Below, piece by piece: positions 38,140 through 53,706 of a stretch of 64,000 nucleotides of DNA. The DNA comes from Eledone cirrhosa (taxonomy: Eukaryota): NCBI GenBank assembly GCA_964016885.1, contig OZ024740.1:402008001-402072000 (forward strand), given 5' to 3'. A program made the translations under genes and the position numbers. Every line of letters begins with the position of its first letter. Position 1 is the first letter of the stretch. Below the pieces are notes generated by a model that made no database searches, was not told the DNA's origin, and saw only the letters and a list, made by a program, of their open reading frames with translations.

Positions 38140-39079
38140 ATTTATTAATGCTGACCTTCTTTTCAGCCAAGAGACATACCGATACATATGCAAATATTGT
38201 GGGTCAACATTCATTGCAGAATTTAGAGTGGCAGTACACACTTCGAGATTACATTCATACTAAGAGGTACAATCAAAAATCAAAAATCCAGGTTAGAATA
38301 CAACATGAAGATAAGCGGTTATATAGTGCAAATGTTATATGTGTGGCAAGCATGTGCGTCTTGTTTATATAGTGTGGCAGAGAGATATGTGTGGTAGAGG
38401 CACTTAGGTAGGTAAACAAGAGTGTTAGGTTGGTAGATCTGGTGGCAAATTCTTTATATGATTGATATAGTCTGTGTGTGGAGAAATGTTATAAGCATTA
38501 AAAATAGTGCAAGTATTAAAAGTGTTAAAAGTATTGGAGATGCACAGCGAAGGGATGTCAAGTATTCCATGTACTTCGACATTTTCATGGTCAGGGGAGT
38601 GTATTTTTCGATTATATGCCCCTCACATAATCCACGACAATTCGATATTGAGCGTTTGACAATCCAGTTAGAGAATCGTAGTCTGATGTTCTTTAGTTCA
38701 ATACAGGAGGCTGTTACGTTTCGAAAAACGACATTGAATACCACCCGGAAGTGTGTGTGTGGCTAAGGGGAGTTAATGCATGCGGGGAGGTAACTCCGGG
38801 GTTTCTATACATAGCTATTAAAATGTGTCACAATATAGACCCTAATTTCAATGGTGATGCGCATCCTCCAAAAAATGTTTAAAGCATGAAGTGTATTAAC
38901 TATAGTGTAGTTTAATTAAGTTATGCTGAAGGTGTTCATATTATTAAGGTGGATTAATCCCCATCGTAAGGTGCCACAAATGGATATTATAGATGATGAG
39001 CGAGGATTATAAATTAATGATCTCTGTGGTTGTAGTCTACTCATAGATCCACCTTAAACAATGGGGAAATACAGGTGAA

Positions 39080-40819
39080 GTGATTGAATGGTTCAAGGAT
39101 ATCAAGAATAATAAGGACAAAAAATTTATTCAATTTGATATCAATTCATACTACACCTCTATTTCCCCTATCCTATTAAATAAGGTACTTATCATGGCCA
39201 TGAGCAATAGCGACCTGACTAGAGCGCAGGTTGATGTCATCCTTGCGGCCCGTAAAACCATAATCACCTTCGAGGACCAACTATGGACACGCAAGGATAC
39301 GCACAACAACTTCGACATAACCATGGGATCTAGTGACTCGGGGCAGGTCACTGATTTGGTCGGCCTATACCTTCTCAATGAAATCCATAAGGACCTCCCT
39401 TACCTCAACGGTGGTTTGTACCGCGATGATACACTTCTACTTATAGAATATAAACAAGTTAATATAGAAAGAACTAGAAAACAATTGCATAAGACATTCA
39501 AAAACTTTAACCTTAGTATCACCATGGACAAAAACACTAAAAATTTTAACTTCCTAGACGCCACACTATACCTAGACTCAAAAATATATACACCTTTCCA
39601 TAAGCCTAACGAGAAACATATTTATGTAGATACCAAGTCTAATCACCCTAGATCAAAATTAAACTCTATCTCTAAGGGGGTGTCCAATAGAATCTCTAAT
39701 CTGTCCTATGACGCAAACATATTTAGCAAAAAATCACAGTATTACAATCAAGCATTAGCTAGCTCCGGCCATAATATAGAAATTGAGTTCCTACCTAAAA
39801 AAACACATAGCTACAACATCATCTCGCACAACATGTCCATGAGGAAACCTAATAATAGGAATAGCAACCACAAGTACACCAAAGCGGAGGGTGCCACCGG
39901 AAGTAACCATTACCATGGAAACTACTGTGGTGCCTCAGGAAGAAGCAACACACCAAATACTAAAAGCAAAAATAGAAGAAGAAATAATACATTTTTCAAC
40001 CCTCCTTTCAACCTAAATGTCTCCACCAACATACCTAGGGCTTTCTTCTCACTACTAGATAAACACTTCCCTCTAGGACACAAGTACCAAAACCTCTTAA
40101 ACAAAAACACCATTAAAATCTCATACTCTACGACGCCTAACTTAGCATACCACATAGCTAGCAGCAATAATAGTAAAATTAATTCTTACTTCCAACAAAC
40201 AAAATCACAACAGGATGCAAACCCTCTAAATACCTCTGTAGCAAGCAACCATAGCAACGGCAGTAACAATAGAAATAACACTAGTATAAGTAATAACACC
40301 AGGGTTGACAACCCGAACGCCCAAAATCCTATAGCTACCACACAGACTTCCGCACTGCATTATAACCAGCAGACTAACGCACAGGATAATTGTATCTGTA
40401 GAGCTAATAGAACCTGCCCTTTAGATAAAAAATGCCTAACCAAGGATATCATATACTTATGTACCGTCAGGACTAGCAACTCTTCAGAAACCTATGTAGG
40501 CTCCACTTCTAACTGCTTCAAAATCAGATATAATTCGCACATCCACTCGTTCAAAAAGAACAGCCTAGCCAACTCCACCTCACTTTCTAGCTACATACAC
40601 TATCTAAAAACTAAAAATAAACCATATACACTCAAATGGGAAGTGATAGGCAGCGCGACCTCGTACAAACCACCTAATAAATTTTGTAACCTCTGTATAC
40701 TAGAGACACACAATATTAACTTCTCCAACCGTAACCTACTTAACAAAAAATCTGAGGTGTTTGCAACTTGCCAGCACCGCTTCAGACATTCCTTGCAAAA
40801 CTTTAAGCCCAATATATAG
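39080..40819 (+). CDS. PLE reverse transcriptase-GIY-YIG endonuclease, N-terminally truncated, uninterrupted 579 codons
   Basis: FIQFDINSYY, FDITMGSSDSG, GLYRDD, FLDATL, YVDTKSNHP, CICRANRTCPLDKKC, IIYLCTV..TYVGST, CNLCILE, LLNKKSEVFATCQHR. Confidence 0.88.
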   Translation: MIEWFKDIKNNKDKKFIQFDINSYYTSISPILLNKVLIMAMSNSDLTRAQVDVILAARKTIITFEDQLWTRKDTHNNFDITMGSSDSGQVTDLVGLYLLNEIHKDLPYLNGGLYRDDTLLLIEYKQVNIERTRKQLHKTFKNFNLSITMDKNTKNFNFLDATLYLDSKIYTPFHKPNEKHIYVDTKSNHPRSKLNSISKGVSNRISNLSYDANIFSKKSQYYNQALASSGHNIEIEFLPKKTHSYNIISHNMSMRKPNNRNSNHKYTKAEGATGSNHYHGNYCGASGRSNTPNTKSKNRRRNNTFFNPPFNLNVSTNIPRAFFSLLDKHFPLGHKYQNLLNKNTIKISYSTTPNLAYHIASSNNSKINSYFQQTKSQQDANPLNTSVASNHSNGSNNRNNTSISNNTRVDNPNAQNPIATTQTSALHYNQQTNAQDNCICRANRTCPLDKKCLTKDIIYLCTVRTSNSSETYVGSTSNCFKIRYNSHIHSFKKNSLANSTSLSSYIHYLKTKNKPYTLKWEVIGSATSYKPPNKFCNLCILETHNINFSNRNLLNKKSEVFATCQHRFRHSLQNFKPNI

Positions 40820-41428
40820 CAATGTCGGACTGGAACCAAACACCACATCTAGCATCAAACACCAGAGGCACACCTTATACTACATACCCAACACTAACTG
40901 ATCTAATATAACACAAACAACGACATCCCTCTGGAACCCTTCGCAGGGAGAATACCCATTTATACCTCTACGTCAGGTGTGACAACATCCACCCACTTGA
41001 ACTGCACTACACCGCTCTATAGGTAATTTAAGCATGAATTGGTCGGTTTGATAGTGTTGTGCGGAGGAAGCACCTTCCTTAGACGGATGATAAACGATTT
41101 AATCTAGTAACGCTGTTGAGCAGTAGGACCAGGATGCTGAGCGCTGAGAATGAATGCATTACAACTGGCGTGCGGGTTGTACATATATAGATGATCTGGC
41201 GGTCAGAGAGTGGTCGTGAAGACTGCGGATTGACCTCTGGCCGGCCTGGAGATGATTATCTTTCGACATCCAATGTAGCAAGCGATGACCCGGAACTTAC
41301 CAGAGATCATTGGGTCCTGAAGCAATCCTGCAATCACCGCGCCTGGTCCTACGAGTAGACTACAACCACAGAGATCATTAATTTAGAATCCTCGCTCATC
41401 ATCTATAATATCCATATATATGTATATA

Positions 41429-41555
<127 letters not shown>

Positions 41556-41574
41556 GTGTATATATATATATATG

Positions 41575-41750
<176 letters not shown>

Positions 41751-41777
41751 CATACATATATATATATATATACCTAC

Positions 41778-41827
<50 letters not shown>

Positions 41828-41829
41828 TT

Positions 41830-41890
<61 letters not shown>

Positions 41891-41893
41891 CAC

Positions 41894-41992
<99 letters not shown>

Positions 41993-42156
41993 CAATATTA
42001 AATAAATGGAAAACTATATTTATAAAACCATATCTATTTCATTATATATATTTCGGGGATATCATATTAACAATATGCTATGCCTTCATCAGACAAAATA
42101 CAATATAAACAGTTTTATAGACAAATAGGTTCGACATACCGTTATAACACCGACTT

Positions 42157-42159
<3 letters not shown>
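41993..42159 (-). mobile_element. pLTR-like end fragment with HHR at 42035-42100
   Basis: Reverse complement of about 11527-11692. Confidence 0.8.
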
Positions 42160-42199
<40 letters not shown>

Positions 42200-42310
42200 G
42201 TATGTATATATATAAATGTATGTATATATATATATATATATATATATGTATTTATATATATATATATATGTATATATGTATATATGTATATATATATATA
42301 TATAATTATG

Positions 42311-42357
<47 letters not shown>

Positions 42358-42379
42358 GTATATATATATATATATATGT

Positions 42380-42433
<54 letters not shown>

Positions 42434-42490
42434 TTGTATATATATATGTATATATATATATATATGTATATATATGTATATATATGTATA

Positions 42491-42560
<70 letters not shown>

Positions 42561-42563
<3 letters not shown>

Positions 42564-42826
42564 AATCTTCAACAGGCTGCCGAGGCATCTGCGAGATTTG
42601 CATGACGTGGAGGTGGATGTCTTTAAGAAACATCTCGACACCTTGTTATCCAGGATCCCGGATGAGCCCACAGCAAGACACAAGGGAAACCTAAGGGCAG
42701 CAGCAACAAACTCCCTCCTACACCAGTGGCCAACCTATACAGGCTGGAGATAAAATGTGTAGCAACAAGGGCGGTGCCCCAGCATGGCCTCAGCCGGATG
42801 GCTGAAACAGGTAAAAGAGTAAAAGA
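42561..42826 (+). mobile_element. CR1/L2-type LINE 3' fragment
   Basis: [30 protein letters not shown]; near-identical to 44360-44625. Confidence 0.85.
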
Positions 42827-42838
42827 GTATATATATAC

Positions 42839-42904
<66 letters not shown>

Positions 42905-42935
42905 AGAAAAACCACAGACCCTCCATCTCAACTCA

Positions 42936-42973
42936 CCTTTTGAAAAGCAGAAGAACTGCGAAACCGGTAAAGG
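42936..42973 (+). ncRNA. Minimal hammerhead ribozyme, U3-A8 core variant
   Basis: cctt-TTGAAAA-GCAG aagaa CTGC-GAAAC CG GTA-aagg, followed by AATAAA. Confidence 0.75.
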
Positions 42974-43040
42974 AACCAAATAAATATATATATTTTTAAA
43001 AAATAAGACTTCAGTTGCATTTTCGATTTCATCCCTTTTT

Positions 43041-43150
<110 letters not shown>

Positions 43151-43778
43151 GTATATATATATATGTATATATATATATGTATATATATATAGGCTTGGCA
43201 CTTGTTGGTATAAGACGTGAATTGTCGTCTCTCCGGATTTGAAATTTTAATATTTTAAATCGACAGTAATCGGATTTATGTATGGTTTTAATTCTTCAGA
43301 GGACAAGGAAAACATACAAAAAAGATAAGTTTTTGTGCTTTGACGCAATTATTTTGAAGTATATTTTACATATATTACCGTTTTGAACATGTTTATTTTC
43401 ACTTTATGATTCATTCATAGGAGACAACACACACACGTGCTTTCTATTTTTGTTTGTCTACCATACAGAGCATTTTGGTTTAACTTAAGCAGATCTTGTA
43501 TTAATTTTGATTTTTCTGAGTAACATAATTTAATTTGATATAATCTTGTTTGATTTTGTATAATCTTATCTGTATTTGACCCGATTTCGTTGTTTCTTGT
43601 ATGATATGCTGATATTACAATAACTTCGTATATTTGTAAACAGACATTTACATCGTGTTTCTATATCTCTATGTTTCCGGTTTCTTCCATTCATTAATTT
43701 AAATTTAAATTTAAAAATTTATTTTTGTATTTATGAACTGCTGTTGCTCACGCTCTCACGCTGTCTCTATCTCTCTCC

Positions 43779-43779
<1 letters not shown>

Positions 43780-43854
<75 letters not shown>

Positions 43855-43856
43855 TC

Positions 43857-43892
<36 letters not shown>

Positions 43893-43951
43893 CCCCTCTC
43901 TCTCTCTCTCGATCAACGAGCTCTCTTTCTCCCTCTCTCTAGATCAACGAG

Positions 43952-43983
<32 letters not shown>

Positions 43984-44030
43984 CCTCTCTCTCCCTCTGA
44001 CCCCCCCCACTCTTCCCGCTATCTCTCTCG
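43780..44030. repeat. (CT)n microsatellite / low-complexity tract
   Basis: Directly visible. Confidence 0.9.
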
Positions 44031-44035
44031 CTCCC

Positions 44036-44625
44036 CTCTTCTGTGGTCACCCCATAGTGTCAAACTAACCACAGAGCTTGAGGCAATCCAGCGAAGCTAC
44101 ACCAAGAGGATTGCCAAGATGAGGGAGACAAGCTACTGGGAGAGGCTGAAGGAACTGAACCTCTACTCCTTGGAGCGAAGACGGGAGAGATACGCAGTGA
44201 TCTACATGTGGAAAATCCTGGAGGGACTAGCACCAAACTTTGGCATTGGGAGCTGGACCAACCGTCGAACAGGACGTCACTGTGTGGTGCCAAAGGTCCC
44301 GTCATCCACATCTAGAATAAGGAGCAGGTATTCCAATAGCCTGGGATTCAAGGGCCCTCAACTCTTCAACAGGCTGCCGAGGCATCTGCGAGACTTGCAT
44401 GACGTGGAGGTGGATGTCTTTAAGAAACATCTCGACACCTTGTTATCCAGGATCCCGGATGAGCCCACAGCAAGACACGAGGGAAACCTAAGGGCAGCAG
44501 CAACAAACTCTCTCCTACACCAGTGGCCAACCTATACAGGCTGGAGATAAAATGTGTAGCAACAAGGGCGGTGCCCCAGCATGGCCTCAGCCGGATGGCT
44601 GAAACAGGTAAAAGAGTAAAAGAGT
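44036..44625 (+). mobile_element. CR1/L2-type LINE 3' fragment
   Basis: LWSPH..LEAIQRSYTKRI..YWERLKELNLYSLERRRERY..GPQLFNRLP; stop at 44550. Confidence 0.9.
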
Positions 44626-44658
44626 ATATATACATATATATGTATATACATATATATG

Positions 44659-45377
<719 letters not shown>

Positions 45378-45438
45378 ATATATATATACATATATATGTA
45401 TATACACATATATATGTATATACATATATATATATATT

Positions 45439-45622
<184 letters not shown>

Positions 45623-45631
45623 CATACATTA

Positions 45632-46573
<942 letters not shown>

Positions 46574-46626
46574 CAAATAAATGACTTAAACTGAACTTTG
46601 ATTACTGTAATCTCTCTCTCTCTCTC

Positions 46627-46893
<267 letters not shown>

Positions 46894-46918
46894 GTATATA
46901 TATATATATAGAGAGAGA

Positions 46919-49900
46919 GAGAGATTACAGTAATCAAAGTTCAGTTTAAGTCATTTATTTGCTTACAATTGTTTCCTCCAAACCGAGGTTTGGATTCTTC
47001 GGAGCAGTTATTTATAACATACTTGACCTCCTTTTCAACCCAAGAGACACATAAAACATATGCGCATATTGATCAACAGTGGGGTGACATTCATCAAATG
47101 AAATAGCATGGCAATTTACATATAAAGTGTTACATGATAAAAATAAAGTGTTACATGATAAAAATAAAATAAAATAAAATAAAAGCAAGAGTGAAAATAA
47201 AGATAAACATGAAGCGTTGGCAGTCTATGAAGATAAAGCAAGAGGAAAGCTTAGAGTAGTCAGTGCATGAAGCAATCTCCCGTGTAGCATGCACGCTTGT
47301 CTTATCTATACATGATTAGAGTGCGTCAGAATGATATTTGCAGGGTCAGGCAGTTGAAGCAGGCAATCGATCTCATAATATAGGCTGAATTATTAAGTCG
47401 TTTATTCTCATACATCTGTATGATATACAGTCTCGGATGCGGTGAAACACCAAAATATCAAAAACCTTCAACATACTATAAACCTTATTGTATCGTAGGC
47501 AAGGTCGTACCACTGTTCTTGCTCACACCACCACTCACATAATCCATGAGACGCAATATATATATAGAGAACATGCGTCTATCGTATAATTCGCAGTGGT
47601 TCAGCATATAGTCAAGCTATAAACGGTATCCAGTCGGTTCTTAATTAATATATCATGCTGTCCAAATTCCGGAAGTGCCTGAATGATTAAGGGGAACTAA
47701 TGCGTAAGGGGAGGTAACTAGCTAGTTATTTTAGTTACATTACTATGCTAAACTACATTAATGGTGATTCAAATACGTGCCTATCATGTGAAGTTATAAC
47801 TAATATCTGGAGTATGGTACCCATTTATAAGTTAGAGAGTTGTTCATTATGAAGTACAAGGGTGTATATACTAGGATGATTGCCAGCCAATAATTAAGGG
47901 GTGTCATATCTGAACGTTCTATAAGAGGAGTCGGACTCTCAAGTCACTGCTCAATGCAAATGTAATACAACAGTAGGACCTGGTATGGTCACACTATTAT
48001 ATATGTCACCCGGTAGGCTCCGGGTCATTGCTTGCCTGCATCTCCAGTAAATCTTCGGTATGGTCCGGAGATCCGATCTCTCATATAAACGCACTAGTCT
48101 GGCCATCAGGTAATAGATAACCCCCGTCTCAAATATAAATCAATTATGTATCACATCTCCAAGCTAGAGTGGAGTCTATTAATAGGTATTAAAGGAGTCC
48201 ACATCAAGATGATTACGTGCATAATTCAATGAACTGATCGCTTACAGTATATACTCACTTAACAATACGATTATTTATCTAATCATCAATCTATCTCTTG
48301 GTGGCAATCCATGCACAGGACTATGCTATCGCAACCAGTACCGTGTCACCAGTTTATACTAATCTTATATTTGTGCAATGCAGAATAAGTAGTCCACGGT
48401 CGGTATATCGGTATTAGAGGTACAAGGGGGTATTCCCAGGGTAGGTGGCACTCAAATGCTGTCAGTATTATCTTTAGAGTATAGAGATGGGTGTGGATGT
48501 GAGGTGTAAGGTGTGCTACTGATGTTAATTGCTAGGGGTGGTGCCGGTTCCAGTCTGACATTATTATATATAGGGATTAAAGTTTTGGAACGAGTGTCGG
48601 AAGCGGTGTTGGCAATTTGCGAACACTTCTGATTTTTTATTAAGGAGATTACGTTTAGAGAAGATGATAGTATGGGTCTCTAGTAGACAGAGGTTACAAA
48701 ATTTATCAGGTGGTTTGTACGATGTTGCACTACCTACCACTTCCCATTTAAGTGTATATATTTTATTTTTAGTTTTTAGATAGTGTATGTAGCTAGATAG
48801 TGAAGTGGAGTTGGCTAGACTGTGTTTTTTGAAAGAGTGGAGGTGCGAATTGTATCTAGTTTTGAAGCAGTTAGAAGTGGAGCCTATGTAGGTTTCAGAA
48901 GAGCTGTTAGTTGTGACTGTACATGAGTATATGATATCCTTGGTTAAGCATTTTTTATCTAAAGGGCAGGTTCTACTTGATCTACAGTTACAATTACTCT
49001 GGGTGCTAGTCTGCCGGTTACTATGCTGTGTAGAAGTTTGGAGGTTAGCTATAGGGTTATGGTTATGCGGGTTGTGGTACGCAGCGTTAATGTTTACACT
49101 AGTGCTATTACTACTATTTCCATTGATATTATGGTTATTTGTTATAATGTTACTTTGACTGTCATTATGAATGTTATTTTGAAGGTTTATCGACCGTTGT
49201 GATTTAGTTTGTTGGAAGTAAGAATTAATTTTTCTTTTATTAGTACTAGCTATGTGGTATGCTAAGTTAGGCGTAGTAGAGTATGAGATCTTAATAGTGT
49301 TTTTGTTTAAAAGGCTGTGGTACCTGTGGCCGGATGGGAAGTGTTTATCTAGTAGTGAGAAGAAAGCCCTAGGAAGGTTGGTAGAGACGTTTAAATTGAA
49401 AGGAGGGTTGAAAAATGTATTATTTCTTCTTCTATTTCTGTTTTTTTATGTCTGGTGATTTGTTTCCTTTAATGTTCCTATGGTCAATTCTGTGGTGCGG
49501 GTTACTCTTGCTGTTACAATTCCTATTAGTGTGTGTGCAGTTGCTATTCTTATTATTAAATTTTCCCATGGACATGTTGTGTGAAATGATGTTGTAGCTA
49601 TGTGTTTTTGTAGGTAGGAACTCTATCCCTGTATTATGGCCTGATCTAGCTAATGCCTGATTATAATACTGCGAGTTATTGTAAAATGTGTTTATGTCAT
49701 AGGGTATGACATAAACACATTTATATTTGAGACGGGGGTTATCTATTACCTGATGGCCAGACTAGTGCGTTTATATGAGAGATCGGATCTCCGGACCATA
49801 CCGAAGATTTACTGGAAATGCAGGCAAGCAATGACCCGGAGCCTACCGGGTGACATATATAATAGTGTGACCATACCAGGTCCTACTGTTGTATTACATT

Positions 49901-51112
49901 TGCATTGAGCAGTGACTTGAGAGTCCGACTCCTCTTATAGAACGTTCAGATATGACACCCCTTAATTATTGGCTGGCAATCATCCTAGTATATACACCCT
50001 TGTACTTCATAATGAACAACTCTCTAACTTATAAATGGGTACCATACTCCAGATATTAGTTATAACTTCACATGATAGGCACGTATTTGAATCACCATTA
50101 ATGTAGTTTAGCATAGTAATGTAACTAAAATAACTATGCTAGTTACCCCCCCTTACGCATTAGTTCCCCTTAATCATTCAGGCACTTCCGGAATTTGGAC
50201 AGCATGATATATTAATTAAGAACCGACTGGATACCGTTTATAGCTTGACTATATGCTGAACCACTGCGAATTATACGATAGACGCATGTTCTCTATATAT
50301 ATATTGCGTCTCATGGATTATGTGAGTGGTGGTGTGAGCAAGGACAGTGGTACGACCTTGCCTACGATACAATAAGGTTTATAGTATGTTGAAGGTTTTT
50401 GATATTTTGGTGTTTCACCGCATCCGAGACTGTATATCATACAGATGTATGAGAATAAACGACTTAATAATTCAGCCTATATTATGAGATCGATTGCCTG
50501 CTTCAACTGCCTGACCCTGCAAATATCATGCTGACGCACTCTAATCATGTATAGATAAGACAAGCGTGCATGCTACACGGGAGATTGCTTCATGCACTGA
50601 CTACTCTAAGCTTTCCTCTTGCTTTATCTTCATAGACTGCCAACGCTTCATGTTTATCTTTATTTTCACTCTTGCTTTTATTTTATTTTATTTTATTTTT
50701 ATCATGTAACACTTTATTTTTATCATGTAACACTTTATATGTAAATTGCCATGCTATTTCATTTGATGAATGTCACCCCACTGTTGATCAATATGCGCAT
50801 ATGTTTTATGTGTCTCTTGGGTTGAAAAGGAGGTCAAGTATGTTATAAATAACTGCTCCGAAGAATCCAAACCTCGGTTTGGAGGAAACAATTGTAAGCA
50901 AATAAATGACTTAAACTGAACTTTGATTACTGTAATCTCTATATAACTGCTCTGTATAACAACTGATGTTATTACATTGAGCTATTTAACTTACTGGTAA
51001 TAGGATAGTAATTAAAGACTATCTCTCACTATTTAGGGTTTGTGTATATATAATATATTACCATCAAAGGTTTTATTGCATACATAACCATAAATAGTAC
51101 CCTTAATACTAT
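46919..51112 (-). mobile_element. Nematis-like PLE, 5'-truncated, with about 1.2-kb inverted pLTR arms (46919-48140 / 49719-50940)
   Basis: Minus strand 49700-48564 is homologous to the 3' half of ORF 39080 (FFNPPFNLNV, CNCRSSRTCPL, TYIGSTSNCF, CQHRFRHS). The arms are near-identical. Confidence 0.9.
50854..50900 (+). ncRNA. Hammerhead ribozyme, CCGA core variant (inverted copy at 46960-47006)
   Basis: tgct-CCGAAGA-ATCCAAACC tc GGTTTGGAG-GAAAC AATT GTA-agca, followed by AATAAA. Confidence 0.75.
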
Positions 51113-51123
51113 ATATATGTATA

Positions 51124-51363
<240 letters not shown>

Positions 51364-51649
51364 AACAAAATTTATTTTTGCCCTAATATAAGAAAATGCA
51401 TTCATGAGTGAGGGATAATAACAATAATTTATATTTCATTCGTTTGCAAGGAAACTGCCTCATAATGCGAAGTGTTTTCTAGATGACCAAAGACCTCATT
51501 TTGTTGCAGTGGTAGAGAGAGAAAAACAATCTACAATTGTTTCTAGGCTATTGCCCCTTACAAAGACTGTGTATTTCTCTGTGTTCTGCCACATACTGGA
51601 ACTCTTGAGAAAATATATAGTTTTCTCTAAATTATACATCGGCTGATTA

Positions 51650-52400
51650 GCTTAATTTGCATCCAGAGCGATTCTACTGTTGGCTTTGCCAAAAATTAAT
51701 GCCAGCCGTAAAATCTAGCTGGAGTGACTCTCTCATCTCCAAGCTACGCACTCGAACAAATAACGTTACTCCAATGAGCGTTCGGAAGAACCCCATTTTA
51801 GCCGCTTGTACTAGCGATCGTATTCTTTCGATCATTACCCAAGTACATGAATATAGATAAGGGTTGGCACGAATACTGAATTGAAGTTAGCGAGTTTGGC
51901 CTATACGCCCACATTGCTGTTGAAGCTGGCGCATTACTGTACCTACTCCTGCAATTCTTGCACTCAATTCAACCTCCTGCCTTCGATCACCCATGGCCCT
52001 GATATTCTTCAATTTTTGGTGGAACTCCACTCACAAGTAGAGTGCAATGCGCAGGCTTTGTGAGAGGCGAATGTGTCAGTTTTTGCAACACTGTAACACT
52101 CGGCAGCTAACTTATCAAGTTTATGTCGAAGTTCACCTACTGACGATTTATGTAGTACCATGTCATTCGTGATTTCCAGTGACAGATCCTTTACCCGCCA
52201 CACTCGATGTCACTTCAAAATTGGTTTCGTGTCTCAATACTGTCCATCAAGTATATGAACAGGAGGCATGACTGTACCAACTCTTATCGGAGTCCAACAC
52301 CCACTTTGGAAGGTTTCGACTTCGCACTATATATCCGAATACAAAGATTGTCAGAATTTACGTGCATAACCAGGACACTGGAGACCCTGTCGTTGACCCA
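51650..52400 (-). pseudogene. Heavily decayed RTE-clade LINE RT fragment
   Basis: Minus frames give KVGVGLR, LLFIYLMD, NDMVL..LDKLAAEC, DRRQEVELSARI, FNSVFVPTL, VQAAKMGFFR, resembling RTE RT motifs. Confidence 0.65.
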
Positions 52401-52596
52401 GAGCATGTTTGGATAACAATGATGAACTCAAGTGGTCTCAGTTGGATATCCAACGATATCAACTGTAGACGGTTGTTTCTAACAGGACACTTCTAGGAAT
52501 AAGTGAGAGAAGGAGGAGGAGAAGTATGAGTATGCCTGACAGACACACTCAGAGGAAGATCACGTGATGCAGCAGGCTTAAAGAAAAAAAAACATT

Positions 52597-52602
52597 AAAA
52601 AA
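52597..52602 (-). terminator. Pol III terminator (T6) downstream of tRNA-Ala
   Basis: A6 on plus strand 12 nt past the tRNA 3' end; a second A9 run lies just beyond. Confidence 0.6.
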
Positions 52603-52614
52603 CATCTTAACTCA

Positions 52615-52687
52615 TGGAGAATCCGGGCATCGATCCCGGTTCCTCTCGCATGCTAAGCGAGCGCTCTACCATATGAGCTAATTCCTC
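52615..52687 (-). tRNA. tRNA-Ala (anticodon AGC), 73 nt
   Basis: GAGGAATTAGCTCATATGGTAGAGCGCTCGCTTAGCATGCGAGAGGAACCGGGATCGATGCCCGGATTCTCCA: cloverleaf, G3:U70 identity pair, A2-C71 mismatch. Confidence 0.88.
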
Positions 52688-53228
52688 TCACACCAGTTTG
52701 TTATTCTAGAATATTAATACATATATAGTAAACGGCAAGAGATGTCTCGGACGAATTCTATTTGTAATATGATTAGCTCTATCGGCTATGGCTGACAGCC
52801 CTCCTCACAGTTAGGTCACGTGGTGCTACTGGTATCAAGAAGAAGAAGAAGAAGAAGAAGAAGAAGAAGAAGATATGTATATCATCCAAACAATAATAAG
52901 GAATTATGTAACCGAAGGGGTTAAAATACTCTATCTCTCACAGTGTTATCCTAAAATGAATGTAGTACTTAGCATATTAACAGTCATGGTGGTAGTTAAT
53001 TTGGATATATAAGTTGCACGTTAAGACGTCGATAAATTTATATTGATGGATACTATTATTTGATGAAAAACCCATTAGGTTGGAAAATTAATTAAAAATA
53101 TCAAACATTTAACATATATTTTCAGTTTACTATAAGATACTTATATTTTTGTATGTTTACGAAACCCCCCCCCCCCTCCACACACACACACACACACACA
53201 TACACATACATACGTATATATATATAGG

Positions 53229-53347
53229 GGAAAATGTTTAACCCAGGCGGCAGAGCTCAAGCCGTTTCGACGGCTATTTCTGGACTCGGAGTCCAGAAAT
53301 AGCCGTCCAAACGGCTTGAGCGCTGCCGTCGGGATTAAACATTTTCC
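53229..53347. repeat. Fold-back hairpin with about 59-bp arms
   Basis: GGAAAATGTTTAA...ATTTCTGGACTC-G-GAGTCCAGAAAT...TTAAACATTTTCC. One arm resembles 6799-6845. Confidence 0.85.
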
Positions 53348-53706
53348 TATTACCCACTGTACTGCCCTAAGTATTGAGTACTCTGGTGCGTTATGGTCCA
53401 TCTGGTTCCTTACCACACTTCCTTCGTTATATATATGTACCCTATATATTTCCGTGGATACTTAGTACCTGTGGAAATATTAATCTCATTTTATGTATAC
53501 TCTCCCATGTGTAGAGAAAAAAACGTTGTACCTAGCTGCTATTTTTAGTAGTGTGGCATGCAACAAGTCTATAATATCCCCGCTTTCCCTAGACGACCAG
53601 TTCAAGCGTAGGTCAATCTTTAACGGCCCACTCGATCTTTCACTAGCTGGCAGTTAGCGGAGTATTTGCTTGCTATGGGATTTTAAATTCTATGTAATGG
53701 AAATAA

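Larger units (their letters stand above)
37885..41416 (+). mobile_element. Nematis-like PLE, 5'-truncated, preceded by an inverted copy of its long 3' UTR (37885-39042)
   Basis: Contains ORF 39080-40819. 38981-39042 is the reverse complement of 41353-41416. 37885-38800 is homologous to the reverse complement of the pLTR at about 50150-51112. Confidence 0.85.

Noticed and set aside
38038-38766. Short ORFs in the long PLE UTR, one with a hydrophobic tail
   Set aside because: No corresponding ORFs in the homologous arms at 46919-48140 and 49719-50940.
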